This document shows positions 37,756 through 48,826 of a stretch of DNA of 64,000 nucleotides, one piece after another. A program made the translations under genes and the position numbers. This DNA is from Trichodelitschia bisporula. Its lineage: Eukaryota. The stretch covers positions 620,001 through 684,000 of the forward strand of contig ML996703.1 of assembly GCA_010356995.1 (NCBI GenBank), in the 5' to 3' direction. Under the pieces are notes generated by a model. That model had not been told where the DNA came from. It ran no database searches and saw nothing but the letters and a program-made list of their open reading frames with translations. Position 1 is the stretch's first letter, and each line of letters opens with the position of its first letter.

Positions 37756-38428
37756 TCATGCCATTGTCTTCAGGAAGTTTTTCTCTTTGATCTCGCTTCT
37801 CCGCTTCGTTCGCATGGCCTTGGTGAGCTCCTTTCGTGCCTGCTCAGCTTCTATTGTCGCTTCCAACGTGCCATCTCCGGTAGGCAGATCGATGCTTTGT
37901 TCGTAAATCGGAACTTTGGTATCAGCGACTTCATCACCCAGAAGCCCTTGCTTCCGCGCCAGCTTAAGCGCCTTTGCGCGCTTCGTCTTCGATTTTGCTT
38001 GCGAAGAGTTAGTCGCCTTCTACGAGCCTCAAGGTGGACATACAGTAGAGATCGGCAGCATCCACGGCACTCTCTTCACCCTTCTTCCCTACGGTCAGAA
38101 TATCCCACAACCATGGTGGATACTCCGAGTCTTCCATAGCCACGGGGTCCGTCTGGCCCTTCATGAAGTTCAGGCCCTTGAGCGGTGTGCCCGCAGGGAC
38201 GGACGAGACCACCGCCGGCTTTGCCTTGGACTCGCTTGGCTTCATGCCGCGCGCGACAGGCGATATGGCATACGGGGTGGTAAACGGTTCGGTAGCGGAG
38301 TGTGAGGGGGCGGCGGGCTTGTCGTCTGGAGGGCCGGTTCGGGGAACGGAGGTGCTGAAGGGGAGGGCACGGAGGACGTCGCGCCGCGAGGTGCGCGCTG
38401 CGCGGAAGAGGCAGCGTTGGCAGATCAT
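37756..38428 (-). CDS. MRPL37: mitochondrial large-subunit ribosomal protein mL54 (yeast MrpL37), 2 exons (intron 38043-37998)
   Basis: Mitochondrial presequence-like start MICQRCLFRAAR. Family motif SSVPAGTPLKGLNFMKGQTDPVAMEDSEYPPWLWDIL. Exon 2 ends KAMRTKRRSEIKEKNFLKTMA*. Confidence 0.92.
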
Positions 38429-39246
38429 TGCTTCGGGAGTTCTGAGGGGATTCAATGGGACCGGTACTCTAAGTCGGACGAGGCGGAGATATGGTAGTCG
38501 GTCTGTAACTGCTCATGAAAGTCCGCACTGAACTTTTGGCGGAGTAACGATTTTCCAGTGGGAGCGGGGGCTGTTATTGGCCATAGACACTCCGCTTCCC
38601 GGGGGAGGCTTGAGCTTGACTGTTGCGGCTTGAACCAAGACTCCGACGTCAAAGCACCTTTTGAAGGGGAGACATCGTGAGGAGTGAGCCTCTTCTATTT
38701 GGTGCTTCGACACGGGCGCTATTCTATCACGAGATATGCAGGACTCTAGCAATGCAGTCTGTACAAGCTTTAAGGCTGACCCATTTTAGAGACCTGAATC
38801 TTGAATGCAACTGTTGCTAGCCACTAGCCACATACAATGGCTCCTTTGGCCCTCCCTTGCGCATCCCACAGTGGCCTTAAACTTCGAATGCAATACTTGA
38901 ACGCCTGGCGGCTGAAGAGCTACATGATATTCCCGTACTCAGCATGCGGCACTATGGCAGTGCTCTATCTAGTTGGGCCGCGACTGAAACGGCTTCGGGC
39001 AGATACTATCATGCGACAAGGCCGGATCCCGAAACGTGCCCTCTACCCAACCACGCCCGCCATACCTGGCCGAGCTTGCCCATATTAGGAAAATCTGTTT
39101 ACTGCAGACAACCACCCCGGCACTTTGATCCTGTCAAGCGATTGCCCTACCGTCTGGGCAATTAACTCAGTGCCATGGCTGTAGCCAAAGCAGTCGTCAT
39201 GCGCAGTCGTGGCTCTCACGTTAGAATCTAAGAGAGGCAACGTGCA

Positions 39247-41202
39247 GTGTGGGGTACATCTCGCGGCTCATCGTGCTTGGTTATAGTCCCAGTCGCCCGA
39301 CTTCAAAGTGAAAGGTGCTACGCTGGGGGAAATCGAGGCTGTGATGATCCAGGCTGGTCCATCACCACTCTCGAACCTTGGTCGTTCACGATGCCTGCTA
39401 TGCCAATAGCCGCGGTGACGACAGACGACCCTACGACAACGGCGGTAGCGACTTCGAGCCGGGCTTCAGTCAAATCGTCGCCAACTAGTACGGTACGGGT
39501 CAGCCTCGTCGTTGCCTCTTCTGCTTCGGAACCTTCCCAAAGCCGGGCAGCGACCAGCGCAACAGCGATAAGAGAAACGCCATCACCATCACCATCACCA
39601 TCATCACCGCCATCACCATCACCACCTCGACCGCCAGAGCCGACGACATCAGTCCTGGAGATATCTCTCATCCCGGATCCATCGACCGTCTCTTCTTCTC
39701 TTGATCCGCTCCCAACGGCACAAGTCTTCACCTTTTCGTTCTCATCGCTTACCCCCTCCCCCTCCTCTACGCTCCCTCTCACCTCCTCTCCACCGCCGAA
39801 GCCATCGAAACCCATCCCGAGTAGCTCTAGTACACTAGCCAAGGCCCCACTGCGTTCATCCACAACCGAATTTCAAGAGGGATTCCTCGGGATACCAACA
39901 TCACCGCCACAAAACTCGCCCAACCATGCTGGCGATCCAGAGAACACGTCGAAGTCGGGAAGTCGGATCGGAGGCATTGTTGGTGGAATCGTAGGCGTTG
40001 TCCTGGCTGGGCTGTTGATATTCTTCCTCTGGAAGTGGAGGTCGAAGTTGAAGTTCCAAAGGAGGAACAGACTCTCGTTTGGCCCGTATGGAAATGGGAT
40101 CGACGCCAGTACAGGCAGCGTCCTCGTGTCTTCTGTCGCCTGTAAGCCGATTCATCCGATGGACTACGGGAGATCAAACTGTAAGTGTTACGAATCTCAT
40201 GACTAAGACATGGACGCTAACCAATGCTCAGATGAACAGCCGCCTCCCGGAGACAGGTACTTCCGACCGGATGTGGCAGCAGCGAAGCCGTTTCCCAACC
40301 CTATTCACCGCATCGACGAGCTGCCAGAGCGGGACTCCAGGGAAATACCCAAGTTTGGAAAGCATGTTACATTTGGAGAAAGCGAGAGAGCACTGAAAAA
40401 TGGGCCATTCGACAATGGCGGTACGCTCAAGAGCGAGGCACTCGACGAAAAGCAGAATATGGCGATGCTTTCGGAGCTCGTGCCTGCTGGCAGGTTACTA
40501 CCTCCTCCCGAACCTGCTCGGCGGGCCAGAGGTCCGTATCATTCTCGTAGCCGATCGTCCGGATCAGTTGTCGAACCCCTTCGGGGCGGGTACGCGAACG
40601 GAAATCACCCCGGAGCGGGTTTCATCCCTCGAACACACCCTTACCAGCAAGGGCTTGGAGGCCCGAGAAGTTTGAACCATTCCCAATCTCACGATTCCCT
40701 TCGACAAGCCCGACAAAACGAAGGGTACCGGCCAGCCAACGAATTCGAGGCGTCTCGCGGCGCATTCGCCAACAGCCCATCAAGATATCCGGGTCAGGGG
40801 CTAAACAGGAGTTTTTCTTTCACGCGCGAGGATGGCATGTTCGATGCCGGTAGGAGGCCAGAACAGGGCGCTCGTCCGCCAGGCCCGCCTCCAATCCGCC
40901 GGCCGTCTCACAGTCAAGCCGGCCAACCGGCGATGAGCCCGCCGCGTTACATGTCGCCGGGGGTTGCACGCAGGACCTCCACAGTCTCGATCCGAGAGCG
41001 GCCCTCGCCTGCACACTGGGCAGGCCCAGATTTGGCGAATCCGTTGCTTTCGCATCGGATGGGTATACCCACAGGAGCGATACATCCGATGCACGCTGTT
41101 CCCATGCCTGAGCAACATGGCCCCCATTTCGGGGCGGGGGTGAGAAACGCCCCGGCTGATGTTCCTGCTCGGAAGGCCAGTGATGCGGCGCGGAACTTTT
41201 AG
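39247..41202 (+). CDS. Ser/Thr/Pro-rich single-pass membrane protein (Mid2/Wsc-like architecture); 5' end unresolved
   Basis: S/T/P-rich ectodomain, then TM IGGIVGGIVGVVLAGLLIFFLW followed by basic KWRSKLK. The stop at 40204-40206 lies in an intron (GTAAGT 40181...GCTAAC...CAG 40231) that joins a 320-aa cytoplasmic tail in the same frame. Confidence 0.75.
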
Positions 41203-42995
41203 AGGATAGTCTCCGATTGGGCGGGGCGGGAAAGGCGGGTTCCTTGATACCATAGGCTGGAAGTTCTTTACTGTGTAGATGCTCTACCAATGATACCAGG
41301 TGATCGTTTTTTAGGCGAGGAGTGAAGGCGGAGTCCCGGGTTTCAAGTCCTTGCTTCAAAGCATCAACCTTGTTGAGCTGTACTACTAGTTACCTGTGAA
41401 TTAGACTGAAGTCAGCAGTGTACTTGTGCATTTCATCCACTTCCTAGTTTGGTGCTGAGCTCGGTCTCATCGTGTTGGGAGTGATTGAGTTGCCCGGACC
41501 GGGCTTGATATGGCTGGCTCACCGAGGAAAGTCCAGAACGGAAACCGAGGAGAATTGAGTGAGGCTTCCGTAGCCAAGTCTCCTGCATCTGCCATGTGCA
41601 TTGATGCCGCTATGTTGGTGAAATAAGCTTCTTTCTCCTTAACACTAGTTCTAATCAGAAATGGCTTGAACCAACTCGTCCGTTTCTCCACTTTCCATCG
41701 CTTTAATCTATCATTCACATTTTCAAGGGCAATCACATATCGACCTCGAACCAGAAATCACTTCATTAGTTCCTTTTCTAAGCTATACTGAAAGCGATAT
41801 CCACTGAAGTCTAACAGATTTGCAGATATACAGGACAGAGTCGCAACCACCAGTTACGCCTCAGCCCCTCGGGTTCTCGATAGCAAGGCTATGAGGGCAT
41901 ATAAATTTGTAGGACCTACTACACGCTCTTTTTCTCTGTCCGGGACATTTGATTCCACTCTCCACTGAGGTTCATCTCACACGGCGAAGGTGAAGATTCA
42001 GTCGTCGAAGGTTTGCTGAAGCGTCTGTCGGAACGCTTCGTATTTCAGACGAGTTCCACCATTGGGAAGAAGCTGTCATTCGATCGTGGGCCGTAGGACG
42101 TGTAGAGGGAGCCTCGCCCATTTCTTCGTAAGGTAGTATGTCGAGAGCGGGGAGGGGGGTCATCCACGGAGAGGTGAAGGAGGAAGAAGAAAAGGAAGTG
42201 AGAGGGATGGATTATGTGACCAACTGATGCAATTGATTATATCAATGCCTGCCCAGTTCAAGGTTCCTAATACCCCGAACTCTTGAGTAGTCGCATGCCA
42301 CTTATAACAACTAGCAGATGCAAAGACGAAGGCAGCGAATGCAAGGCCATCTAACAACCAATTGTGAGAGCTGAACAACGAGCCTTTGTGTTCTAAAACA
42401 GGCAGCTATGATGCCTCACAATGGGATAGGGTAAAATCGCGTGCCAGTCTTCTGATGTCGATATGGAGTGGGGATGGAATCGAACAAGATCCGGTAGAAC
42501 TTCGAGCCTAGACTCTAGGTCGCGGGCCTCGACTACTGGTCTGCTCATTGAATTGGCCAAACCGATGGGGAACGGCTCAGTGAGCGCTGGGAGTTATCCA
42601 GCCTTCAAGGTGGGATAGATACCGTTCACGTATGGCGGGGTCGAAAATTGTAGGGCAGCGGGGCCGGAGGTGCAGAGTTAGCTGAGCTCGATAACATTTC
42701 AATCATGCTTGACGTTGATGGTCAAAAGAAGGTGGACCTAAGTGGAGCTTGTAGAAGTGTGGTCCAGAGCGGGGAGAGAAGACGTCGTGGACGTCATGCT
42801 AACATCCGGCGGGGAAGTTTCCCCGCCCTCGTTGGCGCCATGGCCGGGATCTGAGATCCTGTAGCATGACGACGGCTCCAGCGCAACGAACTCTGGCTCG
42901 ACCACAGCTCCACCAAATACCTCACCTTTCTAATTCACCTCAGCGCCGAGGGCCCATTTCTTCTCAAGTACATATTTAATACTATGGTCCTAGCC

Positions 42996-44535
42996 ATGCC
43001 CTCAGATGAACAAAACTTCTTAGACTTTGTAAAGCTCCCAGCTTCACGCCACCTCCACGTGCAGCTAACAGACCACAGCTCGCAGGCGTCTCTAGCGAGG
43101 TCCGCTCCTTCTCAGCCAATATGTTCGATGCCACGGACCGACATATTGACGCCTTTGCCTCGACGATACGCTCGGCATACGAGACCTCAACGAGCTGGCT
43201 GCCTGGCACAGCGCGCCACGCTCCCTCACCCCCACCACCGCCGCCCCATGGCTTCCTTCCCGTCAGCTATGTCTACAAACTGCAAGACTGGGTGTCACGA
43301 AATCGAGCGTTGACAGCGGCAATAGTAGCATTTGTGGGGACAGGGGCGGTGATGATCTGGACGCAGCGAAAGGGAAGGACGGCTAGGCGGAGGGCAAGGA
43401 GGGCGAGCAATGGCGCGAGGAAAGAGGTCGTTGGTAGGATGGGCGCTGACTTTCTGGATTTGGGGTTCTGACCACCCGCAGTGATTGCTGGACCGCCGAA
43501 TTCGCCGGTGACGAAGTCGCTGATGCTAGACCTGGAGAAGAGGGGCTTCATGGTCTATGTCGTCGTGACCACAACGGAGGACGAGCAGGCTGTACAGCAG
43601 GAGTCGCTGTCAAGAGCAGATATCCGGCCGTTTCACCTGCCGATTGGAGACGTCGGTTCCCTCCCTGTCGGCTGTGATTGGGCGCTAACATCTGGTAGGC
43701 GCTTACTACACAGACAGCAATCGAACGGTTCAACAGCCTCCTCAACAGCCCACATCACGTCTTCCCAGGTGCAAGCCCACACGAGCTGCGGTTTATGGGG
43801 TTAATACTCGCGCCGGATGTCATATACCAGTCCGGACCGATAGAGGCCGTCGCGCCGGAGCTGTGGTCCGATCAGCTGCAGACAAAAGTGCTGGGCACCA
43901 TCGCAACGGCGCAGGCGCTGCTGCCGACCATATGCGATCACCCAAACTCGCGAGTCCTCGTCCTCACGCCCACCATAGTATCATCGCTAAAGCCGCCGTT
44001 TCACGGCATGGAGAGCACGATAGTGGGCGCGCTAGAAGGCTTCTCGTGCACGCTACGCCGGGAGCTAAGCACAGTAGGCATCGACGTTGTGCAGATCAAG
44101 CTTGGCAGCTTCGACTTCAGCGGGCTCGGGCCGAAGAACCACTTGCAGCCGTTCAGCGCAACGCGGACGTACGCGTGGCCGGCAACGACACGGGCACTCT
44201 ACGCGCAGAACTTTGTCAACCAGGGCCGCATCGCGGACCGCAAGGGTCTGTTTGGCGAGGCTGGGAGCAACGCCAAAGGCAGCCATCCACGCGAGCTGCA
44301 TCACGCGGTGTTTGACGCGCTCACGCAGACGTGTCCGCAGAGCGTCTGGCGCGTTGGACGCGGCAGTGTGGCGTATGATGCTGTGGGAAAGTGGGTGCCT
44401 GCCGGCTTGGTGGGGTGGTTGCTGGGCATTCGGCGTGTGTCGCTGGAGGAGATCGCTGGGCCGCCGGCGGGGACGCTGGACGACAGCGTTGGGCTTTCAT
44501 GGGAGACGGTGGAGCAGACGCCCGGTGCGCTTTGA
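42996..44535 (+). CDS. DUF1776-family (SDR-like fold, Ysc83-like) protein, 4 exons
   Basis: MPSDEQNFLDF|LAGVSSEVRSFSANMFDATDRHID, TM segment ALTAAIVAFVGTGAVMIW, then RRARRASNGARKEVV|VIAGPPNSPVTKSLMLDLEKRGFMVYV and VWRVGRGSVAYDAVGKWVPAGLVGWLLG. Confidence 0.85.
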
Positions 44536-45865
44536 CTCGCGCCTGGTCTGTGTATGTAGTAATGACAACACTGGTAGGGATGAGGCTCTCTTGACTCCAA
44601 TTCTTAGTGTTTGAACTTGTGAATCGTGATGTACGTGTGGAAGGGATGCGAGGATCCTTGCTCCACATTACCAAATGCGAAATATTAACCTGAGCTGTGG
44701 CGGCGATCTCGTGGTCAAGGGGAATCCTTTCGATCCCTTTTCCCTCTGGTTTTACATGTTCCCATCGGCAGGGGACATCTCCGGGGCTATGGGTGCATAA
44801 TTGACAATAGTTTGCGGTTGTACGATTTTGCGACAGACATGTTTGCACTTTGCATGATGCGCGAGAGTTGCGAGATGGGACAAGAAAAAGGATGACGCAA
44901 TGGACGGTGAGATGTGAGCTGAAGGTAGGCTGGATGCACGGCATGACCGACAAAGAGCATCAACTGTCCTATCGGAGAATATCCGTTGTTTGCGCAAGAA
45001 GCACCTGCAGCACTTAATCGAGGTACTGCTGCACTGCGTGGCGGGGAGCCCCTACTGCGTACTGCAGTGTCAGGGGAAGGCGGGCGGCCACTGACGGCAT
45101 GGCTCGTCGACGACTTTGCTCTCTCTCTTTTGCACCTGCAGCACGGTTACAAGCTTGCAGCGGGCGGTTGTGCGAGGGGAGAGCTGCAGACTTGCAACGG
45201 CATTGTTCCGTGGCTTTTTTTTTTCGTTACTTCGTGTGGAGTGTCGGAGTGAGGGGGATGAGTTGGTGGGTAAATGGGAGGGGAAAACGTTGGAGGTTGG
45301 TTGGTCCGATGGTCGGAGGGAAGTGATTTGCTTTCATTTTGCTCGCGGCGTATGGGAAGAGGAGGAAGGGAAATGGACGAGTGGGACGTACATCCGTAGA
45401 TGGATGTTTGCTGGAGGGACGTATCTTTCTGGTCGACTAGTGAGATTCTCTAATATCCTTTGTACATGAGCGGAACACAGCATCACGAAGTGGAGTTCGT
45501 AGACGCTATGCTTCAACTATGTACCGTAGTGGAGAGACGCTAAAATTTACTGGGGGGAGGAGAGGGGGGCCCACTGGGGGGGAAGTTCCAGGGGGGGGGG
45601 GGGGCGATGTCGCGCGTTTGAGGAGTCCGACGAAGATGAAAAAAGAAGACTCCACGCCGTTGAATTGGTCGAATCAGACAAAGGTAGATATGTAAAAGGA
45701 TTGGGAGGCCTCTTTTCTCACTCTCACTCTTTCTAAATTCTAATTCATGCACTTTTACAACGGCGGTTAGCAGAGAGAGGAGGCCGAATTCGTGGATATT
45801 CCTATCCTGGTCCTATTCCTGGTGTCGCTCTGTCCAGGATAGATCAATAGGCTGTGGTGTTACGG

Positions 45866-45998
45866 AGAGAGAGTGAAAGAGAGAGAGTGTGTGAAAGAGA
45901 AGAGAGAGGGAAGAGAGAGAGAGAGAGGGAAGAGAGAGAGAGAGAGAGAAAATAGCCGTGAGGCAAAGGTAGACACAGAGACGCAGAGAGAGAGAGAG
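45866..45998 (+). repeat. imperfect (GA)n microsatellite
   Basis: Directly visible polypurine GA runs. Confidence 0.9.
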
Positions 45999-46115
45999 CC
46001 GTGCCCTCCTCCGCTAAACCTCCTACCACCCCCCCCCCTCCCTCCCAAAGGTCAATCTCAACTCCAAACCTCTCCTCCCAAAACCTCAACTCCAAAACCT
46101 CTCATCATTCTTCCA

Positions 46116-46131
46116 ACACAAACACACACAC

Positions 46132-46180
<49 letters not shown>

Positions 46181-46183
46181 ACA
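46116..46183 (+). repeat. (CA)n(CG)n(CA)n alternating purine-pyrimidine microsatellite
   Basis: Directly visible CA run interrupted by CGCGCG. Confidence 0.92.
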
Positions 46184-46657
46184 CTCAATCACTCTTTGTC
46201 TCTTCTTCCTTCTTTTCTTATCTCATCCCACCACATACCAACATTCGCTCCTCCCGTTCCCTTGTTCCAATCCTTTGCACTACAACGCGCCTTAGGCCCG
46301 CTCAGCCCACGCAACCCACGCAACCCTGCTGCGTATCCAACGTCTCTTTCGTCGCCAACTCGCCACATTCGCAAAGACTCAGCCTCCCCTCGCCGGACGT
46401 CGCCAGGCCAAGTCTCTTCTGCAGCGCCCCTCACCTTCTCCGTTGCCCTATGTCAGCCCGCGCTCTCGACTTCTCTGTCCGACAACCTGCGCGGTCGACT
46501 CCTCGGTGTCAGGTACATTAACCGCCGCTGCACTCGACGCGCTCTGTCCTTCACCTATCCTTCAATTCTATTCACCGCAGGCGAAAGCAACACCTTTGAC
46601 GAACTCCACAATTCTCCTTTCCTTTCTCTGCTGCCAGCCAGCACTCGGCAAACAAAC

Positions 46658-48826
46658 ATGGCAGACCGTCCGGATTTCATCGATCTGCCCAAGAGCCCCT
46701 TCGACCCCGTCTCTCGCCCGCTGTACACGTCACACAGCGCCTTGTCTACACCCGATGTCGCCTACCCCCCCGCCATGTCGCCGCTCGACGCTCTCGCTTT
46801 CCAGGGACGCCTTCTGGCCGCCAAGTTCGAGGAGGAAAGCCGCAAGGGTCGGCGCATGAGTCGTCTCCCGACCACGACTGTCGTCAACGAATTCGCGAAA
46901 ACGCGCCCAACATACTTTCGTGGAACGTCTGATCAGTCCGCTGGGGAAGAGTCGGCTGAGGATGCGCCCAAGAGCCCGAGGGAGGTCAACCCGGAGAACC
47001 GGCCGATGTCGACTCACCCGAGCATCCACTCTGATGGAGACCTGTTGTCGCCATTCGGGCGTAATGCGCAATTCCAGAACACTCTCTCGCACATTCATGA
47101 ACACGACCACGAGGCCGAGCCGAGTGGTTACTTTTCCCTACCCCGAAGCCATTCGCCGGAGCAGATGGAGACACCTTTGGCGGGTAGCTTCAAACGGCCC
47201 GTACCACCACCGTCGCAAGTCATCAGACAAGGCCCCGCAAAGCAGAGTCCCGCACCTGTCATCTTCTCTCACAAGACGTCTACACTTGTGCCCCCTAGTC
47301 CACCTGGCGGAACCTTCTTCCTCAGTGGGTCACCGAGCATACGTGCGTTGATGGAAAACCCAGAAGACATTGACCATCTTTCCCTCGGCGGATCGCCCGA
47401 CCCGCTGCAGGTTCGGCTTCCTCTTTCACCTTTCTATCCCCAAATACCGCGCTCTCCGTCTCTAGCATCCGAACGCTCGGTCGGCAGCTCCGGACTGCCG
47501 CGGCCGTCGTTCAATTACTCCCGTCCTCTGAGCCGGAGCAGGGGCCCTTCTTTTGAAACGAAGCGCTTTCAACCGACGGGCCTCAATCGTGCAGATACTG
47601 GTGGCAGCGGCAGCTCACGTCCGTCGCTGGATGTGCCTTCAAGGCAAGACACTGGTGACTTGCCGCTGACCCCCGCGACGAACGACATCCCTCACACTCC
47701 TTTGAGCATGACCGGCGAAGCCTTTTTCGACGCTTCCGAGGCTCCGCCATCGGCATCGTACACTTACGCCAAATACTCCCTACCGCGTAGCAAAGATCCA
47801 AAGCGAGAGTCTATTGGGGCGGAAGAATTTTTGAACCGGCAGATCCGGTGGGACAATGATAACGCCGAGACGGAGGCCGTTCTTGCTCTGCCCACGCTCA
47901 ACGAACTCTCCCTAACACCGCCCGTCTCACGCGCCGGACCCCTCCCCACTCTTACCCCTCCAACTTCGTCACACTCGGAAGCGCCCTCTAAGAGCCGGTC
48001 CAAGCATCGCCCTGCCGATATCACCATCCCGCCCCGCTTTCCAGAGAGCTCCTCACCGCGTCGCAAGGCTCAGTCCAAACCTGTCATCGCCGAAATGACG
48101 CCGGAGATGCATCTTGAGAAAGGTATCGAATGCCACGAAAACGGAGCGGTACAGGAGTCGACCTACCATTTCCGACTCGCGGCCAAGGCAGGTCTGCCAA
48201 CAGCCATGGTACTCTACGCACTCGCGTGTCGGCACGGTTGGGGCATGCGGCCAAACCCTGCGGACGCCATAATGTGGCTGCAAAAGGCTATCAGCTCATC
48301 CAAGCTCGAGGTGGCGGATGACGAGGCTACGGTGCAGCAGGGCCGGCAGACCGATCCGCTGGACCGCGCAAAGCACAAGGCGCAATTTGCGCTGGGAGCC
48401 TATGAGCTGGGCATGAGCTACATGAAGGGATGGGGCGTGGCGGTCGACAAGCTGGCTGCGCTGCACTGCTTTGAGATCGCAGGGCAGTGGGGGGATGCAG
48501 ACGCCTTGACGGAAGCCGCGTCCTGCTATGCCGAGGGGGTAGGGTGCAAGAAAGATATGAAGAAGGCGGCGAGGTTGTACCGTGAGGCAGAGAAGATGGG
48601 AACGAGCATAGCGGGCAATAGCTGGTGAGTCTCCTTACCTGTGTGAGCAGAGCTGGAACTAATGGGCTGCAGGATATACAAAGAAAAGTACCTCGACGAC
48701 GCTGCCAGCGAGCGGTCTGGACGTTCTGGACGGTCGACGTCCCGGAAAGACGCGAGCGACAGCAAGAAGCGCGACAAATCGCGAACGCGTACTTTCTTTG
48801 GCCGCAAGAAGTCGTCAGCCTCATGA
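46658..48826 (+). CDS. Dsf2/Nif1-like protein with C-terminal Sel1-like repeats, 2 exons (intron 48625-48672)
   Basis: ATG 46658 (MADRPDFIDLPKSPF), motif MSPLDALAFQGRLLAAKFEE, C-terminal HLEKGIECHENG...STYHFRLAA...LYALACRHGWGMRPN...YELGMSYMKGWGV...GDADAL...GNSW|IYKEKY. Confidence 0.87.

Noticed and set aside
41300..42400. AT-richer interval with short minus-strand ORFs (possible gene or RIP-decayed element)
   Set aside because: The ORFs could not be joined by plausible splice sites, and there are no transposase/RT motifs, terminal repeats or target-site duplications.
42470..42550. GTTCGATTCC (tRNA T-loop-like) on the minus strand
   Set aside because: The T-stem, D-arm and acceptor stem do not pair.
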